In this document: piece by piece, positions 13,601-25,882 of the stretch
Position numbering within the stretch: the stretch's first letter is position 1
Layout: each line of letters starts with the position of its first letter
NCBI GenBank assembly: GCA_964016885.1
Contig: OZ024740.1
Location: 294,066,001 to 294,130,000 of the forward strand
Direction of reading: 5' to 3'
Length of the DNA: 64,000 nucleotides
Source: Eledone cirrhosa
Taxonomy: Eukaryota
The notes under the pieces: generated by a model
Databases searched by the model: none
Told to the model about the DNA's origin: nothing
Seen by the model: the letters and a program-made list of their open reading frames with translations, nothing else
Translations under genes and position numbers: made by a program

Positions 13601-14225
13601 TCACGCATCCTGACTAGGACGTAGTCCAAAAGATGCCATTCCTTAGATGCAGGATGCATCCATGTGGTCTTGAATTTGTTCTTTTGTTGGAACATGGTGT
13701 TGGTAACACACAGATCCAGCTCCTCACACATCTGCAGCAGGAGCATACCATTGCTGTTACACTTTCCCACCCCATGCCTTCCGATTACATTCCATGTGTT
13801 AAAATCTCTACCCACTCTAGCATTAAAGTCACCAAGCACGATGACTTTGTCTGCCTGAGGGATATTTCTTAAAACACCTTTCAAGGCATGGTAAAAGGAC
13901 ATCTTTTCCTCATCGACAGAACTCATAGTTGGAGCATACACACTCACCAGGGTAGCATATCTTCCCTTGTCCAGCGGAACTCTCATGGACATAACACGCT
14001 CACTAATCCCTACTGGGAATTCTTCTAATTTGTTCACAAGCACAGTCTTAACAGCAAATCCTACCCCAGCCTCTCTTCTAGTTCCTTCATCTCTTCCTTT
14101 CCAGAAGAATGTATATTCTCCACAAAATTCCGTAAGATGACCATCTCCAGCTAGCCTCGTCTCAGATAAAGCAACGATGTCAAGATCGTAACGTCGAAGC
14201 TCCTTTGCAACAAGAGCGGTCCTTT
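10671..14225 (-). mobile_element. RTE (BovB-like) LINE, slightly 5'-truncated: APE-RT plus three C-terminal C2H2 fingers; two frameshifts
   Basis: ORF 12007..14271 (RTALVAKEL, ALSETR, GDFNARVG, LLDYVL, TDHRLV, YRGISLL, FVDLTKAFD, GVKQG, LLYADD), then 11661..12023 (FVYLGS) and 10901..11719. Confidence 0.92.
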
Positions 14226-14600
14226 GTAAAGCAATTATAATAATACTGGACTGTAGTACGATCGGCTTCAACTATACAAACTCTTGAAAGTCAACAGTTG
14301 ACATAATCTTGTAATCTTGTATCAGTAATGACGGTAATATATATATATATATATGTGTGTGTGTAAGTGAGTAGAGTAGCGTGTGTGTGTTTGTTTGTTT
14401 GTATGTATGAGTGTTGCTGTGTGCGTGCATATGTATGTGCGTGTGTGTATGTCGTACGTATAAGTGTCAATAAGTGATTTTTTTTTTTTTTTTTTTTTTT
14501 TTTTGCGCGGGGACATAGAAATAATCGGGCTGGATGCTCGATCGCGCAGTTAAACCACTGGGAGTGAAGAACCCCTACATACATACATACATACATACAT

Positions 14601-14938
14601 ATCATCATCATTTCATTTTACGTCCGCTTTTTCCCTGCTTACAAGGGTGGGACGGGAACTGATTCTGGCTTGATTTCTACAGCTGGATGCCCTTCCTAAC
14701 ACCAACCTCATTTACAGTGAGTGCTGGGTGCTTTTTTGCCATGGCACCTCCACGACCACTTTTCAGTGGAATGATAGGGACCCCAGTCCCTATCATCTCA
14801 TTTCTACAGCTGAGTAAACTGGAGCAATGTTAAATAAAGTGTCTTGCTCAAGGAAACAACACATCACCCGGTCTGAGAATTGAACTCACAACCTTTTGAT
14901 TGCAAGGCCAATGCACTAACCACTAAGCCATGTGCCTC

Positions 14939-14939
<1 letters not shown>
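14601..14939 (-). mobile_element. tRNA-derived SINE (same family as 4401)
   Basis: Reverse complement of the 4401-4737 family. Confidence 0.88.
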
Positions 14940-15027
<88 letters not shown>

Positions 15028-15166
15028 CATAAATATATATATATATACATAAACACATATACATAGAAATCGGATTACGTAACCTATTGTAGGCGGTTGA
15101 AGAAGTGAGCATTGTTTCCTCTGTTGTTTCCATGTGTTTGTATTTTTAATATGTATTATATTTCGA

Positions 15167-15224
15167 ATACCTGATGATATCACCGGATTCATACTGAACC
15201 CGGTCATTGAAATGATCATAGTAT
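15167..15224 (+). ncRNA. Minimal type-I hammerhead ribozyme motif
   Basis: atac CTGATGA [stem II accgg/ccggt] GAAA tgatca TA gtat, followed by AATAAA. Stem III loop is palindromic. Confidence 0.7.
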
Positions 15225-15416
15225 AATAAACCTTTCAAGGATTTACACAAGTCCAGCCTCCTGTTATCTTATTATAATATTTAACTCCGTACTCGCACCA
15301 CCAACTACACAAACGAAGACGGTTCAACTGCTTTACATTGAGTACTCTCCATATTATTACATCAAGATTGACCATACGGAATTGACCAGCTCTATCCAGT
15401 GGTGAACCTTCAAACC

Positions 15417-15453
<37 letters not shown>

Positions 15454-15531
15454 TTAGGTTAATAGGAGTTAGGTATTGTATACCTGTGTCCAATTAAGGT
15501 ATTGCATAACACCAATCAAACCCCTTTTATA

Positions 15532-15573
15532 GCTCTGAAGAATCCGGATACGTAAGGAAGAAACATTGTAAGC
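15532..15573 (+). ncRNA. Minimal type-I hammerhead ribozyme motif (short stems)
   Basis: gct CTGAAGA a[tcc..gga]a GAAA cattg TA agc, followed by cAATAAA. Confidence 0.6.
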
Positions 15574-15618
15574 CAATAAAAAATGTTTGATGTTGTAGAC
15601 GCTCTTGTGTTCTTTATC

Positions 15619-15655
<37 letters not shown>

Positions 15656-15816
15656 AAAATATATATATATATATATATAAAAATATATATATATATATAT
15701 ATAAAAATATATATATATATATATATATATGCAAAGTTTTATTTAAATTGTTGGGTTACAACGAGTAAATATTTACGATATTAAATAAATGGAAACTATA
15801 TTTATAAAACCATATT

Positions 15817-15882
15817 TATTTCATTATATATATTTCAGGGATATCATATTAAAAATATGGTATGCCTTCTTCAGACAAAATA
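15817..15882 (-). ncRNA. Hammerhead ribozyme motif (left arm)
   Basis: Reverse complement of 16018-16083. Confidence 0.68.
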
Positions 15883-16017
15883 CAATATAAACAGTCTTAT
15901 AAATAGATAGATTTGACATACCTTAAACTTCCCTAACATTTTTCACTACCAAATCAACTTTTTAAATGGAAGTTTAAGGTATGTCAAATCTATCTATTTA
16001 TAAGACTGTTTATATTG

Positions 16018-16083
16018 TATTTTGTCTGAAGAAGGCATACCATATTTTTAATATGATATCCCTGAAATATATATAATGAAATA
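16018..16083 (+). ncRNA. Hammerhead ribozyme motif (right arm)
   Basis: tattttgt CTGAAGA [agg..catatt/aatatg..cct] GAAA tatata TA atgaaata. Confidence 0.68.
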
Positions 16084-16139
16084 AATATGGTTTTATAAAT
16101 ATAGTTTCCATTTATTTAATATCGTATATATATATATAT

Positions 16140-17108
16140 AATTAAGTTAAAAATGTACATCCACATATGTATACTGAAATACTAGTATGCATATGAATAC
16201 ACACACGTATACATATGTAGATGTACCGAGTTTTTCACTGGTCACTTTACTGTGAGTGTCCAGCTATTCTGTATGTAAACACACAGACAAACCGGTTTTT
16301 AGAGTCATACTGGTTTTTGAGGAAACACCTTTCCTCTATTCTCCAGAAAGCCAGACAAGGCTTTCTGGAGAATAGAGGAAAGGTGTTTCCTCAAAAACCA
16401 GTATGACTCTAAAAACCGGTTTGTCTGTGTGTTTACATACAGAATAGCTGGACACTCACAGTAAAGTGACCAGTGAAAAACTCGGTACATCTACATATGT
16501 CTACGTGTGTGTATTCATATGCATACTAGTATTTCAGTATACATATGTGGATGTACATTTTTAACTTAATTGTTTAAGCGTCAGTCATACAAAAGTGAGT
16601 TACAAACGAAACGAAATTTAATTTTGTTTCGTTACTTGTTTTTATCGTCTCCGTTGAACCGGTACGTACTCACGCTCTATGCAAATTAGTCTGCCCACTA
16701 CTAATTTTCATAGAAAAAGCATATACCGATATGTGCTTTTACGATTCTCTAGAAAGGCCGGAAGATAGGTAAATATTGCTGATGAGTTGTAACAACAACG
16801 AAACTAGTTCAATATTCCTTGTCTGGCTTTCTGGTGAATACAGGAAAGGTGTTTCCTCAAAAACCAGTATGACTCTAAAAACCGGTTTGTCTGTGTGTTT
16901 ACATACAGAATAGCTGGACACTCACAGTAAAGTGACCAGTGAAAAACTCGGTACATCTACATATGTATACGTGTGTGTCTTCATATGCATACTAGTATTT
17001 CAGTATACATATGTGGATGTACATTTTTAACTTAATTGTTTAAGCATCAGTCATACAAAAGTGAGTTACAAACGAAACGAAATTTAATTTCGTTTCGTTA
17101 TTTGTTTT
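16140..17108 (+). mobile_element. Non-coding PLE-type/retrozyme-like element: inverted 5' arm plus ~1.6 tandem copies of a 466-bp unit with one hammerhead
   Basis: 16140-16352 pairs with 16359-16571 (6-nt loop). The unit restarts at 16825. Flanked by (TA)n. Confidence 0.75.
16772..16816 (+). ncRNA. Canonical minimal type-I hammerhead ribozyme
   Basis: aatattg CTGATGA gttgt-aaca-acaac GAAA ctag TT caatatt: 7-bp stem I, 5-bp stem II with G-C closure, palindromic stem III, GUU site. Confidence 0.85.
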
Positions 17109-17121
17109 TATATATATATAT

Positions 17122-17152
<31 letters not shown>

Positions 17153-17500
17153 AAAAAAAAATATATATATATATATAAAAAATATATATATATATATATA
17201 TAAAAAATATATATATATATATATATAAAAAATATATATATATATATAAAAAATATATATATATAAAAATATATATATATATATAAAAATATATATATAT
17301 ATATAAAAAAATATATATATATATATAAAAAAATATATATATATATATAAAAAAATATATATATATATATAAAAAAATATATATATATATATAAAAAATA
17401 TATATATATATATATAAAAAAATATATATATATAAAAAATATATATATATATATATATATGTAAAAATATATATATATATATATAAATATATATATATAA

Positions 17501-17533
<33 letters not shown>

Positions 17534-17648
17534 AATATATATATAAAAATATATATATATATATATATATAATATATATAAAAATATATATATATAAATA
17601 TATATATATAAATATATATATAAATATATATATATAAATATATGTATA

Positions 17649-17706
<58 letters not shown>

Positions 17707-17807
17707 AATATATATATATAAAAATATAAATATATATATATATAAAAATATATATATATATATAAAAATTATATATATAAAAATATATATATATATATAT
17801 ATATAAA

Positions 17808-17847
<40 letters not shown>

Positions 17848-17850
17848 AAA
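17109..17850. repeat. Degenerate (TA)n/A-tract microsatellite
   Basis: Direct reading. Confidence 0.95.
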
Positions 17851-17859
17851 TAAAGTTAA

Positions 17860-18897
17860 ATAAAAAGTCAAATGTTTAAAATTTAGCTTCGTTTATTACT
17901 GCTATATATATTTCAGTGACAGCCATCTTTGGCTGTGACCTCTTCAGGCAGTCCGAATTAGTGTGGTATAGACAAGTACATATGTTGTTGAGGTGTATAA
18001 TATTGTCAATACTCTGATATGCCCAGTTCCTGGTTGGGTTGTTATTTCACTGAGGAACTGGAATCATATGAATTCAGTCATTTGTTAGAACATTCCTCAT
18101 TCTAAGTGTTGTCATTGTTGGAGTTAGCTTAAAAAATTGATAAAGTGGTAGAAGGGACAAGGTGTTAAAGGAACAAAATAACAAAAAAAGTGTCAAACTT
18201 CCCATTGGTCAGTTCTGAGAGCATTCCTCAGTCAGAAGTCTATAGAATTCTTTCTGGGGTGAGGCTCCCTGTAGTGTTTGTGTTTGCTATTGTTAAGTAC
18301 ATTTGACCTCTACCATTATTTTGGTAGTGTTGTTGGTGTTGTGGTCAGCTTATGTATTGCTTCTGTTGACAATTTAGAAGTATCTGTGTGTTTTTTCTTC
18401 ATCCCTCCTGCCACCATCTCTCATAGTGGTGGTGGAGGGGGGGCGGTTTCTTCCATGTATATGAAGAAATATAAGGCAATATATGAAGAAAACAAAAAAT
18501 AAATAATATAATTTGTATAATTTGAAAATAAATAATAAATAGAGAATAAAGAATAAATGAAAAATTGTGCAGAGAAGGCAAAAAAATAAACAAATAAATA
18601 AATAAACAGACTAAATAAAGATGGCGTAGGCATACAATGCAACGGGAGGAAACATAATAGCACCATTGCAGATGTGCAACGAAAGAACTTTGTTAGACTA
18701 TATATATGTGTTTGTGTCTATATTGTGTCTGTATTTTTGACCGTTGGTCAGTCAATGGTAACATTGAGGACCGAATAAATTAAATTAACCAATATAAAGG
18801 ACACAGAAGCGAAAACCGACCAAACAGTGAGTGTGTTCTGTTATTAATTCTGGCAATATTATTACACAAATATGACCCTCCCCAAGTATAACAATAA
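17860..18897 (-). mobile_element. Non-coding PLE-derived element related to the 43061-43567 foldback
   Basis: Shares ctgtgacctcttcag, tggcgtagg and atgaccctccc-aagtataacaata with the 43 kb element. Flanked by (TA)n. Confidence 0.55.
17898..17952 (-). ncRNA. Minimal type-I hammerhead ribozyme
   Basis: Minus strand: actgc CTGAAGA ggtcacagcc-aaagat-ggctgtcact GAAA tatata TA gcagt AATAAA. Confidence 0.78.
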
Positions 18898-18929
18898 ATA
18901 TATATATATGTATAAATATATATATATAA

Positions 18930-21900
18930 TGTAGGCACCTTAAAAGGCCACTCTAACGAGGTTGTAGAAATGCTTGAACATCCTGTGTCAGGGAAACACT
19001 TTGGAACTTCTGGAGCTCTCACAGTCTTATCCGGCCCTCGCAATTTGGATTTATCCCCAACTCCAGCTGCTGTGATCAACTTATAGAGTTTCTTGAGGAC
19101 ATCACCCGGATCACTGATGGCGGCTCATGGGTGGATGTTGTTTACCTTGACTTTGCGAAGGCCTTCAATTCTGTGCCACACAAAACGCTTATGGCAAAAC
19201 TCTCTGCAATGGGTGTGAAGGATGATCTTTTTAACTGGTTGAAGTCCTTCATTCTCAGTCGAAGAGAGGTAGTCACGGTTCTGGGACAGCATTCCTCACC
19301 ATATGAGATGTCATCTGGTGTACCACAGGGATCTGTTCTTGGCCCCCTTTTGTTTGTGGCATATATTAATGACATAGATGCCAACTTAAGGAATGCCACA
19401 GTACTAAAGTACGCAGACGACATCAAGCTGTACCTTGAGATAAAAAGGACAGATCCTGAACACTATAGATCTTGCTTGCAGTCTGACCTGGACACAATGC
19501 AACAATGGATCTCAGACTGGCAACTCAAGCTAGCTTTGGACAAGTGCACCACCATGCATTTTGGGAGTAAAAACCCAGCGTCCACATACTCCCTCCACAG
19601 CACTAATATCAAGAAGTCTTCCTGTGAACGTGACCTGGGCATTACGGTCAGCAGCGATTTGCGTTGGACGAGGCACGTCTCTAAAATTGTCAAGAAGGCC
19701 GAGGGTGTCTTAGTATCACTCAGCAAGACCTTTGTCAGCCGCTCTCCAGATATCTATTTAAGGCTGTATACAGCTATGGTGCGACCACACTTAGAATTTG
19801 CATCACCAGTCTGGAACCCCTATCTTGCTCAGGACATTGACCGCCTGGAAACTGTTCAGAGACGTGCAACCAAGCGAATACCCTCCATCAGGCATCTACC
19901 ATACTCTGAGCGCCTTGCTTCCCTGGGCATGGATACATTGAAGCTCCGATGCCTGGCAACTGACTTGGTAAACACCCACAAAATTGTTAACCATGTTGCC
20001 AACAACAACCCTGAGTACCTTTTTGATTTCCATGTGTCTAACACACGTGGACATGCCCACAAAGTAAGAAAACAGCACAGTTCCCATGACTATCGGGAAC
20101 ATTTTTTCACGCTCAGAGTTGCTGAAGCATGGAACAAACTACCTGCATCAGTTGTTAGCTGTCGAGACACTGCATCCTTTAAAGCCTCCATGCTTCCCGA
20201 GATCCGCCAACACTACAGCTAACACATACACACATGTACTTCCCTGACATTTGTGTATTATTCTATGTACTATATTGACGAGTTGTGGTGCACCTGAGCA
20301 CTTTACACAATAATTTCATTATTATTATAAGGAGGTTGATGTTTGCTGTATCCAAGAGACCAGGTGTAGGGCGGGTCTGCTAGATTCATTGTGGGTAAAA
20401 AACGTTGCTATAAGCTTTTCTGGGTGGGAAATGACAATGGGATGGGTGGGGTAGGAATCATGTTAGCAGAAAAGTGGATAAGATAATAGATGTAAATAGA
20501 GTGAATGACAGAATAATTAAAATAAGACTTGTTCTAAATAGAACTACGGTGACAGTAATATCTGCATACGCGCCCCAATCCGGACTGCCTGGCGCTATAA
20601 AAGACAGATTCTATGAGACACTGATGCTCACTACCTCCCAAATAACCGACAGTGACTATATAATTATTGCTGGCGACCTAAATAGTCAAGTTGGACAACA
20701 TTGTGACGGCTATGACGGAATCCACGGAGGCTATGGGTTTGGTACTAGAAATGAGGAAGGCTCCAGAATCCTGGAATTCTGTGATGCAAATAACCTAACT
20801 ATCTGTAACACTAACTTCAAAAAACGAGACAATCACTTGATCACCTACAGATCAGGGGAACATACCTGCAAGGTAGATTATATCCTTACCAGAAGACGTG
20901 ACAGAGTGTCTGTTGTAAACACTAAATCCCTCCCCCATGAAGAATGCACCTCCCAACATGTCCTGACTATTAGGTCGCTAATTATCAGTCTGAGACATAC
21001 TAGACAGCAGAAGAGGACTATCCTCAGGAGAAAAATATGGAAGCTAAAGGACCCCACAGCCAGAAATAAATTTAAAAGCATACTACTTGATGCTTTCGAC
21101 AGTAAGGAAGAGCAATTAGAGTCGTACAATATAGAAGAACAGTGGGAATTCCTGAAAGCAAACCTGCTGATGGCGGCAGACGAAGTCTGTGGCTGGAACA
21201 GGCCTATAGGCAGGAGGAGAGTAACATGGTGGTGGAACAGTAAGGTGGAGAGGTCAATCAAGGCCAAAAAGCAGGCTTGGAAAGCATGGCGGGATGGGGG
21301 AAGTAGAGAAGACTATCAAGTGGCCAGGAGGGAAGCTAGGAGACAAGTGTACTTCGCAAGAAGGGAAGCAGAGGAAAGAAAGTTCAAGCATGTTCTACAA
21401 TGCGAGGACCAAAAACGGGGTGTGTTCAGGATTGCTAGGCAATGTGTCAAGGAAAACCGTGATATTGTCGGGGAGAAGTGTGTCCATAATGATGATGGTG
21501 TACTTGCCATCACTGACGCTGATAAGAAGGTAGCTTGGAAGTGTCACTACGAAAGGCTACTAAATGAGGAGAATAATTGGGAGAAAGACAGTCTCCCCCA
21601 CATCGACCCAATAGAGGGACCAGCAGTGCAAGTTGAAGGTAGTATAATAAGTAAGGCAATCAAAGACATGAAGACAGGCAAGGCGGCCGGGCCTTCGGTA
21701 ATAGTTGCCGAAATGCTGAAAGCATCTGGAACGGTGGGACACACTATGGTCACCCGGATAGTAAACCAAGTCATACAGAATGGGGTTGTTCCGAAAGACT
21801 GGCGCGGCAGCATCATCATTAACTGCTACAAGGGTAAAGGTGATGTCCTAGATAGGGGAAACTATAGAGGCATTAAATTAATTGACCAGGTCATGAAGGT

Positions 21901-23675
21901 CACGGAAAAAGTAATAGCGCAACTAATCAGAGAGAGAATTGATCTAGATGAAATGCAGTTCAGGTTTGTGTCAGGCAAAAGTACCACAGACGCTCTTTTC
22001 ATTGTACGACAACTACAGGAGAAGTACCTAGCTAAAAGTAAACCCCTATACTTAGCATTTGTTGACTTGGGAAAGCCTTTGACAGAGTACCCTGCTCGAT
22101 TATCTGGTGGGCCCTTAGAAAACTAGGTGTTGATGAATGGCTTGTGAGAGCTATACAAGCCATGTATAAAGAAACAGTCAGCAAGGTTAGAATTAACAGC
22201 GAATATAGTGAAGAGTTTAGCGTAAAAGTTGGTGTTCATCAGGGCTCCGTCCTTAGCCCCCTACTATTTATTATTGCCCTTCAGGCTATAACAGAGGAGT
22301 TCAAGACTGGCTGCCCATGGGAACTCCTATATGCAGATGATCTAACGCTCATAGCTGAATCAATGGCTGAATTAGAGAAGAAATTCCAAACATGGAAGCA
22401 TGGCCTAGAATCAAAAGGCCTTAAAGTTAACTTGTCTAAGACTAAAGTTCTAGTTTGTAGGAAGAAAAATAGGGCACCGGCCCCATCTGGGAAATGGCCA
22501 TGCTCAGTGTGTAGGAAAGGAGTAGGTAGAAACTATTTTATGTCCCAAATGCAAAGTATGGGTACATAAAAGATGTAGTGGGATCACAGGTAAGCTAACT
22601 AAGAATATAGATTTTATATGTGGCCGGTGCTCTGGTGCAATAAGTAGCAGCAAGTGCCCACAGAATACTAACTTATTCCATTGCACAGATGGTTCTATAG
22701 AAATAGTGGACAGCTTCCGTTACCTGGGTGACAAAATCAGCAGTGGGGGAGGGTGCTCTGAAAGTACAGTAGCTAGAGTCAGAACGGGATGGAAAAAGTT
22801 CAGAGAGCTTATACCACTATTGGCCGCTAAAGGGTTCTCTCTAAAAATGAAAGGCAGGCTGTATGATGCCTGCATACGAACAGCAATGTTAGATGTCAGT
22901 GAGACCTGGGCATTGTGTGCAGAGGATATACGCAGACTGGCGAGAAACGAAGCTTGCATGCTCCGCTGGATGTGTAATAGTAATATACGTGAACGGCAAA
23001 GTATAAACAAAGTATAAACAAATGGAGAAATTAGAAATAAGAGGGATCAGATGTTGTTTACTCGAGAGAAGACTACGTTGGTGTGGTCACGTGATGTGCA
23101 TGAAAGACGACAGCTGTATAAAAAAGTGCAGGGCAATAAAAATAGACGGTAGCCACGGAGTAGGCAGACCCAGAAAAACCTGGGACGACTTGATAATTCC
23201 GACCTCACACACTTACACCTCTCCAAGACAATGTCACTGGACCGAGATCTTTGGCGCTACACAGTAATAGAGAAGACCCGCCTTACCTAAGTGCAAAGTG
23301 AAACCTACTACAGTCAGTAGGCACCACTAACAAAATACACCCCCGTCCCACTACCCCCACCCGATCCACACCACCCCTCTCAATGTAAAATTATGTTGGT
23401 ACCACAACATCCAGCCCAAAACAAACGAGATCGTGTAGGTGTCACGACAAAAAAAACACACAGTCCACGCTGTAATGTGGCCGTGTAGGTAACACGGTAA
23501 AAACCTCCCAGTTCCACACTGTAAATGTGGTTGGTGTTAGAAAGGGCATCCAGCCGTAGAAAACCCGCCAGACAGTCCTATGCGAGCAAGACAACCACTC
23601 TTGCCTCAAGTGGGAAAACTCCCGTCCAAACCCATGCGAGCGTGGAATATGGACATTAAACGATGATGATGATGA
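18930..23675 (+). mobile_element. RTE LINE family A (APE-RT with PHD finger), interrupted by a CR1 fragment; frameshifted; 3' end intact
   Basis: VGTLKG..NEVVEMLE at 18931-18980 resumes as KEVDVCCIQETR at ~20329. ORFs 20474..22126, 22144..22569 (GVHQG, LLYADD), 22706..23017 and 23022..23267. (GAT)n tail. Confidence 0.9.
18981..20328 (+). mobile_element. CR1-clade LINE, 5'-truncated (RT C-terminus plus 3' UTR)
   Basis: ORF 19131..20222 (YLDFAKAF, SGVPQGSVLGP, YADDIKL, ERDLG, VRPHLEF, LETVQRRATK). (ATT)n tail. Confidence 0.9.
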
Positions 23676-23683
23676 TATGTATT

Positions 23684-23714
<31 letters not shown>

Positions 23715-23857
23715 GTATTTATATATATATATATATATATATATAAATGTATTTATATACATGTATTTATATATATATATATGTATTTATATATATATGT
23801 ATTTATATATATATGTATTTATATATATATGTATTTATATATATATGTATTTATATA

Positions 23858-23914
<57 letters not shown>

Positions 23915-23927
23915 TTATATATATATG

Positions 23928-23974
<47 letters not shown>

Positions 23975-23980
23975 GTATTT
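23676..23980. repeat. (TA)n-derived microsatellite
   Basis: Direct reading. Confidence 0.95.
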
Positions 23981-24252
23981 ATTAGTCTACGGCTTATTTT
24001 ATCCCATAAACATGGTTTTGTCTTTGTGTGCAATTGTTTTTGACCGCTCCAAATAATGACGTATTATATTCGTTTTTTCCTGTTCTTTGCCAGGGAACGT
24101 TTCCACGAACCAAAGTATCGTCTTCCTGTCTTCCTCCGGTTGCAACATTTTTTGAAATATTCACTTCTGCGTTCACAGATTGACTTTGTTAGTTTCAGAA
24201 GATCCCGTTAAGGGTGAAAGCAGCGATTCTTTGCTTAAACTATAATCTGTTA

Positions 24253-24302
<50 letters not shown>

Positions 24303-24304
24303 TA

Positions 24305-24708
24305 TCATCATCATCATCACCGTTTTACGTCCGTTCTTCCACGCTAGCATGGGTTAGACGGGTTGTGTTGTTGTGTCGGCTGACCATGCCTTGCTCATAC
24401 AGGAACTGATTTGGCTCGATTTCTACAGCTGGATGCCCTTCCTAACACCAACCTCATTTACAGTGAGTGCTGGGTGCTTTTTCGTGGCGCCTACATGTCC
24501 ACTTTACAGTGTGGGCTGGGTGCTTTTTTGCCGTAGCCCCTCCACGACCACCTTGCGGTGGGGGGATATGGGGGCATATTGTCTATATGCTTCAGCTTGT
24601 ACCCATGGGAGGTCGGGTACTCTGTATTACTGCGTGACGCCAGAAGTCACGGTCGTGTGTCATTGCCTTTGAGAGGTGTAATTAGGTAAGGTCGGCTTTT
24701 ATCACCTC
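24305..24708 (-). mobile_element. 3' fragment of the RTE subfamily at 31420-34428
   Basis: Near-identical to 31420-31840. Confidence 0.85.
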
Positions 24709-24780
24709 ATATATATATATAGAGATATTATATTTATCATATATATATCATATTTATCATATTTATCACCTCATATATAT

Positions 24781-25882
24781 CATCATCATCATCATCATTT
24801 TACGTCCGCTTTTCCCTGCTTGCAAGGGTGGGATGGGTCTTATTCAGCACAGCATCTCTCCACTCGTCACGGTCCCTCGTCATCTCCACCGTGAGCTTCA
24901 ATGATCTGAGGTCTGTTCTCACCACCTCCGCCCATGTTTTTCGTGGTCTACCTCTACCACGTCTTCCTTCAACTGGCAATTCCTGGCACTTCTTCACCCA
25001 TCGGTCATCCTCCATGCGCATCACATGTCCATACCACCTCAGTCTCCTCTCCCGTACACTACATTCTATCCCTCTCAGACACAGTTTCTCTCTCAACACA
25101 TTTATGCTGGGTCCTTCACACACATTTACACTGCACATCTAACGGAGCATGCTTGCCTCATTTCTCTCCAGCCGTCGCATATCTCTGCAGTTGCTGCCCA
25201 TGTCTCACTACCATGCAGCATCGCACTCCTCACACAGGCATCATACAACCGGCCTTTCGTACGCAGGGAGAAACCCTTCTTCGTCAACAGAGGAAGCAGC
25301 TCCCTAAACTTCTTCCAACCCGTCCTTATTCTAGATACTATGGCCTCGGAACACCCTCCTCCCCTGCTAATCTGATCTCCTAGGTACCGGAAGCTATCCA
25401 CCACTTCTATAGCTCCCTCTTGCATTTGAAAAATGTGTCTATCAGTGCGACTTCTACTGTCTAATTTCCCGCTACATCTCTTGTGTACCCAGGATCTGCA
25501 TTGTGTGCATTTTATAGAATTTATGCCAGTTCCTTTTCTGCATATCGAACATGGCCATTTCCCTGGCGGAATCAGGGTTTTGTCCTCTTTTCTACTCATC
25601 AACACTTTTGTCTTAGCTAGATTCACTCTCAGTCCTCTTGCTTCCAACTGCTGTTTCCATAGCCAGAATTTATTCTCTAGCTCCTCTACTGATTCTGCTA
25701 TAAGAACCAGATCGTCAGCATAGAGAAGTTCCCATGGACAGCCAGTCTTAAACTCCTCTGCTATGGCTTGGAGGACTATAATGAACAAGAGCGGGCTGAG
25801 GACCGAACCCTGATGTACTCCTACTTGTATCTGGATGTACTCCTGGTTGTACTTCTGGATGAACCCTGATGTACTCCTACTT
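24781..25882 (-). mobile_element. RTE LINE family B, 3' fragment (RT end), with a scrambled 5' junction
   Basis: ORFs 25126..25788 (LLYADD, FRYLGD) and 24800..25138 ([16 protein letters not shown]). The ORF ends in the tail shared with the SINE. Confidence 0.88.

Larger units (their letters stand above)
15774..16126. repeat. Inverted repeat (159-bp arms, 35-bp spacer); hammerhead-bearing foldback element
   Basis: 15774-15932 is the reverse complement of 15968-16126. Confidence 0.92.

Noticed and set aside
4401-14939. Composite transposon bounded by ~340-bp inverted repeats
   Set aside because: The repeats are two independent copies of an abundant SINE.
16221-16490. Two 61-aa ORFs with identical N-termini on opposite strands
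   Set aside because: A direct consequence of the palindrome; no coding signal.
23994-24176. 60-aa ORF as an exon of the candidate gene
   Set aside because: No convincing splice sites or recognisable homology.
24196-24230. CAGAAGA tccc..gggt GAAA hammerhead-like motif
   Set aside because: Core is mutated and there is no stem I; at best a decayed relic.
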